Shown: positions 35,601 through 46,560 of the stretch, piece after piece | How the letters are laid out: each line of letters opens with the position of its first letter | How positions within the stretch are numbered: position 1 is the stretch's first letter | Origin: Haliotis cracherodii | Lineage: Eukaryota | Direction of reading: 5' to 3' | DNA: 64,000 nt | NCBI RefSeq assembly: GCF_022045235.1 | Contig: NW_027266297.1 | Coordinates: 66,898,001 to 66,962,000 of the forward strand | The notes under the pieces: generated by a model | The model's input: the letters and a program-made list of their open reading frames with translations, nothing else | What the model was told of the DNA's origin: nothing | Database searches by the model: none | Translations under genes and position numbers: made by a program

Positions 35601-37003
35601 CGATTGAATGAATACAACCAACATTTTCATACCGTCAGTGACTGAATTAATACAACCAAATTTTGTATACCAGCATTGACTGAATGAAAACAACCAACAT
35701 TAGCATGCAGTCATTGACAGAATTAATACAACCAACTTTAGTATACCACCACTGACTATGAATACAACCAACATTAGCATACCGTCTTTGAGGGAATTAA
35801 TACAACCAACATTAATATACCATCATTGACTGTATGAATACAGCCAATATTACTATACAGTCATTGACTGTATGAATACAACCAACATTAGTATACCGTC
35901 ATCGACTGAATGAATAAAACTAACATTTCCATACAGTCATTGACTGAATGAATACAACCAACATTTCCACACCATCAGTGACTGTATGGATACAACGACA
36001 TAAGCATACCGTCATTGACAGAACGAATACAACCAACATAAGTATACCATCATCGACTGTGTGAATACCGTGAACCAACATTTGCATACTATCGTTGACT
36101 GACTTAATACAACCAGCATAAGCATACAGTCAGTGACTGAATAAAAACAACCAAAATTAGATTAGCGTCACTGACGCTATGATTACAACCAACATTAGCA
36201 TACCGTCACTGACAGAATGAATACAACCATCATTTGCATACCATCAGCGACTGAATTAATACAACCAACATTTTGCATATCGTCAGTGACTGATTTAGTA
36301 CAACCAACATTGGCATAATAGAATAAATGTAATATGGTAGGACTTGACAGAAGTTGGAGTTCTAGTCCTGTCATTGATAATGGTCACAAAATGTCCAGTT
36401 CAGATTATTCCCTGTAAACTCACCTTCTACTCTTGAAGAACCAAATGTTTTGTCCAAAGACAAGAATCCTCCATCCAGGGACATCCGGTATGTCAAGGAC
36501 CAAGTTGACGGGGATGTCTGTAGCGTCAAGCACGATCCATCTTTCAGCTTTAACTGTCAGCCTGAACACAATAACTTCTGTGGTAACTTTCTTTGAAGCG
36601 GATTAAGCACATTATCATTGTAAATACTTGTTTTAAAGAACCAAATGACATTGGTTAGTACTTTGAATGTGTGGCTGTTGTGGTGATTGGACAACCAGAC
36701 ATGATTACCTTTAACTTCTTTGATCGTCATTTGGAAGTTGGAGTACTAAGTAAGGATCTATAAACTCTTATCCTTACTTATGATTACCTTTATTGTACAG
36801 AGTTATTAAGATGTGGATATGTACGGATACCTAAGGATACGAGAAACATACATTTGGTCGTTGAAGTCGTCACCTTCACTGAAGATGGTAATCATGTTGC
36901 TCTTGAAACGGCTCACGTCATTAATGGTAAATTTAAGCGTGGATAAAACGACCAGCGTCATCATGACGCCCATCAGTATCAGCATAGGCGAGCGTCGTCT
37001 CAT
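32626..37003 (-). CDS. STELLO-like (DUF288/GT75-related) type II membrane glycosyltransferase, 3 coding exons, 720 aa
   Basis: Exons 37003-36852, 36561-36424 and 34498-32626 are phase-consistent and total 2163 nt. N-terminal signal anchor MLILMGVMMTLVVLSTL; motifs ERWIVL, PGWRILVFG, YLFAISHGAKWIY, DIVLVVIFNYP, GYMQMSDDVLLNMWN, SDIFYVP and VFLEIAIPT. Confidence 0.88.
34725..36317. repeat. Intronic 37/38-bp minisatellite, about 42 units
   Basis: Unit CAGCATCAGTATACCACCATTGACTGAATGGATACAAC; homogeneous to about 35455, diverged after that. Confidence 0.93.
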
Positions 37004-37166
37004 ACTTCGATACGCCCTGAAGCTATAAACAAAGAAATTTTCATATTGCATAATGATTAATCCAATACAACATTGGTGAGATAAAAAAGGGACTTCTCTC
37101 TTCCACTTTTGATCTCAGTTTATATTGTGTAAAGTATTACAAAAACACTTGTTATCTGTTCATAAA

Positions 37167-37447
37167 GGGGGCACAGGTGGCCCAGTCGTCTAAGGCGCCG
37201 CGATTCGCTGTGCAGGGTTGCGTCCCTTGGGCACGCCAGAAACCTATGTTTGTCGGTTCGAATCCCGGTTCGCCCCGATTATGTTTCTAGGTTTGTCAGC
37301 ACCATACCCGTGCTCGTGGGTTTCACCGAAGAGGTAAACGTCTGAAACCTGCATCACTTCGGGCTTTCCTCCCACATTAAGCTGACACGCCGCGATATGA
37401 CTGGAATACTGTTAAAAGCGGCGTTAAACCCAACTCACTCACTCACT
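37167..37447 (+). mobile_element. Family B SINE with 11-bp TSD
   Basis: A box TGGCCCAGTCGTCTAAGGCG, B box GGTTCGAATCC, (ACTC)n tail; TSD CTGTTCATAAA. Confidence 0.93.
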
Positions 37448-37779
37448 GTTCATAAAATTGGATATGGTGTACGGCTTTTAACAACACACTTTTAAAACTT
37501 GCATTATATTGCCTCACTGTTGCGGCTATTCTCTCAAATATGATAAATGCATATAGAATGTCTCGTAAAGGTCGGGCTGATCGTTACCCCGGTAGCAATA
37601 CTTTAGGAATATTAGGGCTTGTCATTTTAGTGCCCAAAGTGACACAGGTCGTAGACGAATAACACTTTTGTGAAACCCACGAGCACCGGTATCAGGAACT
37701 CAACTCGTGATCAGCGGATCCTGCAACTACCAAACGACGCAACTCGCACAGAAAATTGAGACTCACACGTCTTCATCTA

Positions 37780-38205
37780 CGACCAACACACGCTATCCTC
37801 AAGACGGCATGGCTTCATCATTCAAATAGTCAACTTTCCCTTAATGTCGAACAATAGTCAAGCAACTTTGGGGATCTACAAAGTACATTTCACAAATATT
37901 GGGGTACAATCGAGCATACGTTTCCTAAATAAGATTTCAGAGAGCGTCGTACGACTCTCACCCAACGGTTGTTTGATGAAGGTTACAATATTCAAGACCT
38001 AAGTAAAGCGTTCAAACTGTTTTATGGCGCATCACTGATAAAATCTGAAGTCTGATGCAATTCCATATGTTGACCTGTACTATATGTTCCCGTGTTTTTT
38101 TCAGGTGAACACGTGGCATGCCTTTGCATGTGTTTGTCACGGGTGCCACCGGTGGAGCAGGATATGCTAACCTTGTCGCGAGCACCTGGTGTCATCACTA
38201 TTTGA
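37780..38205 (+). mobile_element. Degenerate Penelope-like RT 3' fragment, same family as 10535-10965
   Basis: GTCAACTTTCCCTTAATGTCGAACAATA...GGTACAATCGAGCAT...AAGATTTCA and the terminal GGGTGCCACCGGTGGAGCAGGATATGCTAACC...CACCTGG align with the minus strand of 10535-10965. Confidence 0.65.
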
Positions 38206-38494
38206 TAGTTCTTAAAAAACATACACTTATGATACAGTCGGAATCGGAAAATGGATCCTGCCTTTAGCAGATACTTTTTAATGATAATTGAAAGGGTGTT
38301 GAGGCTTTTATTCAATTACTTAGCAATTGACTCCTTGTCTTGATTATTGTTCATGCTTTCAGTCACTGGTTTATCTGGTTTAGACTCGATTATTTACAGT
38401 ATTGCAAAACCACGAACACATAAAGCTTCACATTCACCCGATGTTTTTACCGTTTGTTTGCAGTGAAAATAGGAACTTATCTTTATTGATCCAG

Positions 38495-38661
38495 CGTGAG
38501 TGAGTGAGTTCGGTTTTACGCCGCTTTTAGCAATATTCCAGCAATATCACGGCGGGGGACAAAGCAAATCGGCTTCACACATTGTACCCATGTCGGGAAT
38601 CGAACCCGGGTCTTCGGCGTGACGAGCTAACGCTTTAACCACTAGGCTACCCGGCCGCCCC
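38495..38661 (-). mobile_element. Family A SINE with 12-bp TSD
   Basis: Reverse complement of 23175-23337; TSD TTATTGATCCAG at 38483-38494 and 38662-38673. Confidence 0.92.
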
Positions 38662-38932
38662 TTATTGATCCAGAACAATCATTTAAGTTAATATACAGTT
38701 AACATTTATATGATTTACTTTCAGATGAAATTTTTAATTTAGCTCTATGCTCGATTCTATGTATTTCTTCGGAATAGGCACGTTAAGTCGTTCTTTGTAT
38801 AGTTGCATGTTCAAGGTAAATATAACTATATAGACGTTAACATGATACATATATATCATCTAGCAACATTCAACACAAAATAAAGTTGTAAATAATGAAA
38901 ATGGCATGCGTAACGCTGAGATCATGGATAAA

Positions 38933-39160
38933 AGGGTCGCGCGTGGCCCAGTTGTCCAAGGCAAGGCAATATAGAGTTGCGTCCCTTAGACCAGCCAGAA
39001 ACCTGTGCTTGTGTGTTCGAGTCCCGGGTATCGATGCGCTCACAACGATCGGGGATTCGTCACAGTGGTAAACATAATGAATGCATTTTCGCACATTAAG
39101 CTGAAAGGTCTTTATGAATCCGAACTTTTGGTCAACGCGACGTTAAATTCAATTCACTCA
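38933..39160 (+). mobile_element. Old, diverged family B SINE
   Basis: GTGGCCCAGTTGTCCAAGGC...AGAGTTGCGTCCCTTAG...CCAGAAACCT...GTTCGAGTCCCGG...CACATTAAGCTGA. Confidence 0.7.
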
Positions 39161-39699
39161 AATGTGCTCCCATATCCTTCGTTCTTACCTTCCCTCGAGA
39201 CCAGTCCTGCGCCGCTGCAGTTACCCCTATGTTGAATGGTTATATAGGTTGTGTCCTGCTGAGCGCAGACCGGGTAGGTATCAACAGCCGGAGACGGTAG
39301 TCGGCGTGTTACACATGCAGCATTAGACACCTACCATTGCATGTGAGTCATGTGACGAATCAAATCCCATTTAAACGTTTAAGCAGTAATGTCTCTGCAA
39401 AAGTAATTCCGTTATTTAAGTCCATGATCCCGTTTCACAAAGCCGTCTTCGGCTAACAGCTGGTGCGACTCCAATACACGTAGACATAAGTCATAGTAAT
39501 AAAGGTAAGAAATAGGCACATCGTTAAATTTGTTTGCGGACCAAGGTGTTAACAAAAAAGACCTTCTTTAAAAAAGAAGAAGAAGAAAATGATTCAGTTT
39601 GGATTTGAATGACAATACCAAATGTCAAACACATGCATAGGATACATTCGCTTCAATTTAATGTCTTCAGTGAAATATTAACAATTTGGCCCTTGAATA

Positions 39700-42345
39700 C
39701 TGTGTGTAGTATTCGCCTTACATGGCATGTTTAGTGTTCGCCATACATACGATGTTTAGCGTTCGCCACACATACTATGTTGACTGTTCGCCATACATAC
39801 TATGTTGACTGTTCGCCACACATACAATGTTCACTGTTTGCCATACATACAATGTTGACTGTTCGCCACACATACAATGTTGACTGTTCGCCATACATAC
39901 AATGTTGACTGTTCGCCATACATACAATGTTGACTGTTCGCCATACATACAATGTTGACTGTTTGCCATACATACAATGTTGACTGTTTGCCATACATAC
40001 AATGTTGACTGTTCGCCATACATACAATGTTGACTGTTCGCCATACATACAATGTTGACTGTTCGCCATACATACAATGTTGACTGTTCGCCATACATAC
40101 AATGTTGACTGTTTGCCATACATACAATGTTGACTGTTCGCCACACATACTATGTTGACTGTTCGCCATACATACAATGTTGACTGTTCGCCACACATAC
40201 AATGTTGACTGTTCGCCACACATACAATGTTGACTGTTCGCCACACATACAATGTTGACTGTTCGCCATACATACAATGTTGACTGTTCGCCATACATAC
40301 TATGTTGACTGTTCGCCATACATACAATGTTGACTGTTCGCCAGACATACAATGTTGACTGTTCGCCATACATACAATGTTGACTGTTCGCCACACATAC
40401 AATGTTGACTGTTCGCCAGACATACTATGTTGACTGTTCGCCATACATACAATGTTGACTGTTCGCCACACATACAATGTTGACTGTTCGCCATACATAC
40501 AATGTTGACTGTTCGCCATACATACAATGTTGACTGTTCGCCACACATACTATGTTGACTGTTCGCCATACATACAATGTTGACTGTTCGCCACACATAC
40601 AATGTTGACTGTTCGCCACACATACAATGTTGACTGTTCGCCATACATACAATGTTGACTGTTTGCCATACATACAATGTTGACTGTTCGCCATACATAC
40701 AATGTTGACTGTTCGCCATACATACAATGTTGACTGTTTGCCATACATACAATGTTGACTGTTCGCCATACATACAATGTTGACTGTTTGCCATACATAC
40801 AATGTTGACTGTTCGCCACACGTACTATGTTGACTGTTCGCCATACATACAATGTTGACTGTTCGCCACACATACAATGTTGACTGTTCGCCACACATAC
40901 AATGTTGACTGTTCGCCACACATACAATGTTGACTGTTCGCCATACATACGATGTTGACTGTTCGCCATACATACTATGTTGACTGTTCGCCATACATAC
41001 AATGTTGACTGTTCGCCATACATACAATGTTGACTGTTCGCCATACATACAATGTTGACTGTTCGCCACACATACAATGTTGACTGTTCGCCAGACATAC
41101 TATGTTGACTGTTCGCCATACATACAATGTTGACTTTTCGCCACACATACAATGTTGACTGTTCGCCATACATACAATGTTGACTGTTCGCCATACATAC
41201 AATGTTGACTGTTCGCCACACATACTATGTTGACTGTTCGCCATACATACAATGTTGACTGTTCGCCACACATACAATGTTGACTGTTCGCCACACATAC
41301 AATGTTGACTGTTCGCCACACATACAATGTTGACTGTTCGCCACACATACAATGTTGACTGTTCGCCATACATACAATGTTGACTGTTCGCCATACATAC
41401 TATGTTGACTGTTCGCCATACATACAATGTTGACTGTTCGCCATACATACAATGTTGACTGTTCGCCATACATACAATGTTGACTGTTCGCCACACATAC
41501 AATGTTCACTGTTCGCCAGACATACTATGTTGACTGTTCGCCATACATACAATGTTGACTGTTCGCCACACATACAATGTTGACTGTTCGCCACACATAC
41601 AATGTTGACTGTTCGCCATACATACTATGTTGACTGTTCGCCATACATACAATGTTGACTGTTCGCCATACATACAATGTTGACTGTTTGCCATACATAC
41701 TATGTTCACTGTTCGCCATACATACAATGTTGACTGTTCGCCATACATACAATGTTGACTGTTCGCCATACATACAATGTTGACTGTTTGCCACACATAC
41801 TATGTTGACTGTTCGCCACACATACAATGTTGACTGTTCGCCATACATACAATGTTCACTGTTCGCCATACATACTATGTTGACTGTTCGCCACACATAC
41901 TATGTTGACTGTTCGCCATACATACAATGTTGACTGTTCGCCATACATACTATGTTGACTGTTCGCCACACATACAATGTTGACTGTTCGCCACACATAC
42001 AATGTTGACTGTTCGCCATACATACTATGTTGACTGTTCGCCACACATACAATGTTGACTGTTCGCCATACATACAATGTTGACTGTTCGCCATACATAC
42101 AATGTTGACTGTTCGTCACACATGCAATGTTGACTGTTCGCCATACATACAATGTTGACTGTTTGCCATACATACAATGTTGACTGTTTGCCATACATAC
42201 AATGTTGACTGTTCGCCAGACATACTGTTTAGTGTTCGCCACACATACTATGTAAATAATTCGCCTTGATAAATGAATTAGTGTTCGCCATACGTAACTG
42301 TGTTTGGTGCTTGCCAGATATACTGTTTCGTGTTCACAAAACAGA
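39700..42345. repeat. 25-bp tandem satellite, about 100 units
   Basis: Unit AATGTTGACTGTTCGCCATACATAC with recurrent single-base variants and degenerate edges. Confidence 0.97.
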
Positions 42346-43741
42346 CTATGTTTCCCATACATATGTTTATACTATTACCTAGAAGTTCATTCCCCTTACA
42401 CGTGTTGAACACGCGTGTGTCATGCATGTAACACGGGACCGGGTTACAGTTGGATTTGACAAATAGGATAGTCAGATAAAACAGAACAATGAGATGTGAA
42501 CCTCTGTTCACCAGACCATAAGCACAATTTCGGCCCGTCTTAATTAGTGTTCGGTTGCTGGACTTACATGCGTGAACCATTCCACTAGGGTCTAGTCTGG
42601 TCATTGTGCCAAGCCGACAGCAGAAGAGTAGTGAATATAGACACGCGTTCATTACGTCGGGAAGCCCCGAGTTTACACGATTGTCGCGAGTTGGTAAATG
42701 TATGCAATTAATCAAGTGATTGTGTTTGTGGATTGCGGACATTCCCGTTTTTATTTTGCCTATATGAGTCGTTCCAGGTGATTGCAAATATAATGATGTT
42801 CGTTCGCCAAATCTAAGCTTCAGGTGGTAAATTATGATAGAGCAGTCCCCACCACTGATGTTCTATTATCTTACGTAGAATACGCTCCATCTCCCCACAC
42901 CCCACTTTTTATTTTGTTTTTGTGAGAATTAATAAGAGGAAGTTTTGTGGGAGACTCTACCATTTACCATTAATTATAAGATGATAATGGAAATGAATAT
43001 AAACTACCATGTTGTCTGGGTGTAGATGGAATTTGTAACAATCAGCCGGTGTGCACAGAATCTCATTAGGGTTTATGACTTTTACAATTGCCCAATGCGC
43101 ATGCTTGGGGATATCAAAGGAAACAGTTTATTATTAGAGGCAATTGGTCCTACTCTCTCGCGAAATATAGACAGACAGACAGACAGACATAGTTTATTAA
43201 AGTGTCACATGGCATGAAACAATAAGAATGCATCATTTATCATACCATCCAGCCTAGCTAGGCTTACGAGACACTATTTTATCACAGATATACACAAGTA
43301 ATTTCTTACCTAATAGACAATATACATTGTCCGTGAGTGAGTTTAAATGTTACGTCACGCCACCATATTGCGACGAAATTATTATCAGCTTGTACTACAT
43401 GTAACATGGTTGCTTTACTTGACATGTATACTTTCTAACAACACAGCTGCTTGAATGACTTCGAATTTCATGAACAATTAGTTTTCTATTGTGTGAACAA
43501 ATCAGTCAAGCTTTCAACATTAGATGAATTAGCTGATAAATTTTGACCGCAGCGTAATGAATGTTACCGATAAACAACACAGGAGTCGATATATAACCAA
43601 AGTTATGGTCCTAGCCTGTTGAGACGATTGACAGAACGTTGAAGCAAATGACAGTAACTAATGTTAACATTCCCAAGTAATATTATGAAAGACATCATCA
43701 CCCATAACCGTCCGAGAGACAGTTCTCAGCTACATCTTGTT

Positions 43742-44003
43742 GGGTCCAGTCGTCTAAGGCGCCGCGATTCGCTGTGCAGAGTTGCGTCCCTTAGGCATGC
43801 CAGAAACCTATGATTGTGGGTTCGAATCCCGGTTCTCCCCGATTATGTTTCTAGGTTTGTCAGCACCATACCCGTGCTCGTGGGTTTCACCGATGTGGTA
43901 AACGTCTGAGACCATCACTTCTGGTTTTCCTCACACATTAAGCTGACACACCGTGATATAACTGGAATACTGTTAAAAGCGGCGTTAAACCCAATTCACT
44001 CAC
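43742..44003 (+). mobile_element. Family B SINE
   Basis: High identity to 37167-37447, slightly clipped at the 5' end. Confidence 0.9.
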
Positions 44004-44386
44004 TTTAACATGTCTAAGAATAAAATCCCTTTAAGGCACTTGGTAAGTCAAAACTGGCCGCTCTGATTATGGTTTTAGGTTTGACAGCAATATTACTATG
44101 CTCATGGATTTCAGTGAAAGCTGTGGTTTGTTATCTAGATGTTATCACAATAAGCCAAATGTCTTAAAATTAAATTAAATTTATTTTATTGAACAGAATA
44201 TATGCACTGTAAATTGTAAATACTGTACCCTGCTGCCATGTAGCTCGAATATTTTATGTATGATCTGTGGTCACTGTATGTGGCCTGAAAAGCAACTAAA
44301 GTTATGTCTTTTGACCTCTATAATCCCTGCTGACGCTATCATAATGTCTAATTTCCATCTGCCACACCAAGCGTGAATAAGTGTTA

Positions 44387-44965
44387 CACAGTACTAGTAA
44401 ATTGTTTTTTTAAGTGTCACACGCACTTGAACATGTAAAATATACATGATATCTGCATATAAAATACAGTGCATCGAACCACAAATTGGCCTATGAGACA
44501 CTATAATCAAATTATACAATACAAACAAAATAATTAAATTTAAAAAATATATAGATATATTGGTTGTATGAAATCAAGATTACATTTGCCTCCTTTCGAA
44601 ACATTTTAAAAAGTGTTGCAGCTAAAAGGCTTTGTATTTTACTTTCGTTCATTATATATACAAATGTATCTGCATCCTTGATGTTATAAAACCAAGGATT
44701 AAAAGATTGAAATCGCAAATCATCATAAAAATTACAATGAACTAAAAAATGACAAATTTATTTTCAATCATATTAACATGTACATGTACATAATTTGGTA
44801 AAATTTACAAATTCTCTGAAAGTTGCACAAGAGGCTTGACATATACAAGGGTATAATACCACATCTAAATTTGGATTAAACACGACAGTGGTCTCCGTAC
44901 AAAACATGTTTAACATAATGTTCAATGGTTGGAGTTGAACTATTTTTTATGTGCGAAGTTTATTA
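44387..44965 (-). mobile_element. Old 5'-truncated CR1/L2-type LINE 3' end with 20-bp TSD
   Basis: Minus strand has remnants of FRCGIIPL and HFLVHCNFYDDLR; TSD CCAA(G/C)CGTGAATAAGTGTTA at 44367-44386 and 44966-44985. Confidence 0.65.
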
Positions 44966-45962
44966 CCAACCGTGAATAAGTGTTATATGCGTGTCGATAA
45001 ACAATTTTACAATTAGGAGCGACGTTTCGGCGTTTCTAACACCGTTATCAAGCAAGTGATGAACCTACACCGAAACGTTGCTCTTAATTGTAAAATAAGG
45101 AGTTGTTAGTCCATAAATTCTTATCCTTACATAAAACATTCCAATTGATTGTGGATACGCTTGGCACATATAAATAAAGCGAAAACTCGACAGATGAATT
45201 GGTGCCTTGATATGCAATAAGAATGAATCTTGTGTATTTCTAGGCCACCCTGATCATCGTGTACTTCTTATACATGCATGGTTGGAGGCGACGCCCAGCA
45301 TTTTCTAAGGCTCATAACATGCAATATATATTTGTTTGACATAGCATAATTTTTACCAATGTAATCTGTTTCTGCAGTTAATAGAGATTGAGTATTCTCT
45401 TGTGTTGACGTTTATTTAAGGATTGACTGTGTATCTTTTTCGGTTCATTGAGGTATGAATCGAAAAACCGATGTGCAAACTGTATGAATCCGTGTAATAT
45501 TGGGATTCCCCGACATTTCGCAGTAATAAAAGTAGTGCGCCTCGGTGGGCGTGGCTTAATTTTTTACATTCATTGGGCAATGAATGCAATAACACGTGAC
45601 TAATTCAGCTAATCAGAATGCAGGAATTTCAATGAACACAACGAAAATTAATTATATACACATGCACAAAAGTTAAGCGCCACCCACCATATTTGTGAGC
45701 AGTTAATTTTTGCACTTAATGATTACTATTATAACGAAATGTACGATTGTTATAAGCCGTATATGTAAACCTCATGTTATGCAAAAGTTGCCCTAAAGCA
45801 AGTTTATTTTGTGTTCCAAAAGAATATGAGCAGAAAGGAATTTTACCGAAGACCAGAAATTGAAGGATTAGAAAACATTTTAAAACTGTTTTTGTCATGT
45901 AACTGTCATGATATCAGCAAACCATGTCAGGTGTCAAATAGACACCCTAGGGAGTGCAGAGT

Positions 45963-46560
45963 CTATTGCAAGACAGAAACGTCAGTAACATGTGTATGAT
46001 CCACGGACATTGGTGCAAAACGAGTGTTACGTTGCCCCCAAACACGTATTCGACCATCAACAGTTCGTAGCAGCATTCGACACTCGTCAGACCAATGGAT
46101 CCTTCTCCAGTTGGCCAAGTTCCATCGACTACTGGCACGACAACATATCAGACGATTCCGTCTGTGCCTCTCAGTCAGTTGAGGACTTTTTACTGGTCTT
46201 CTGGGGTTGTAACCAGCCGCTCTGAGGCGACGCCTTACGGTCATCGTCGAGAGTCTGTGATGGGTAATCCACTGCAATCTTAAATCTGTTGAAGTGGCAA
46301 ATGGATTTCGTCTGACTATCCTGAAAAGACGTTTATCCTCTCTGTTAGAGGTCTTTCTTGGCCCACCAGACCTATGCTTGTGCATGTGTATATTTTATTC
46401 AAGCTACATACTACCGAGCTACATCAATCATTCTATCCCCCAGACAAACAATCTCGTTCAGGTTTTTTTTATCATACGTAGTTTTTCAAATGTATAAACT
46501 AAGTCGGTAATTCCTTATATGCTTAGATTTCTCTGCAGAGTTACTTGGACAACGTATATA
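45963..46560 (-). mobile_element. Tc1/mariner transposase relic
   Basis: RSGGPRKTSNREDKRL...TVRRRLRAAG...RRPVKSPQLTERHRRNRL...WRRIHWSDEC, covering the HTH and first catalytic D; truncated before D34E. Confidence 0.85.

Noticed and set aside
34725-36317. CRISPR-like appearance of the 37/38-bp, 36-bp and 31-bp arrays
   Set aside because: Units are head-to-tail with no unique spacers, no cas genes are present, and the context is eukaryotic.
39775-42362. Many overlapping minus-strand ORFs (MANSQHCMYGEQSTLYVWRTVNIVC repeats)
   Set aside because: Translations of a 25-bp satellite. The unit is not a multiple of 3 and stops are scattered in all frames.
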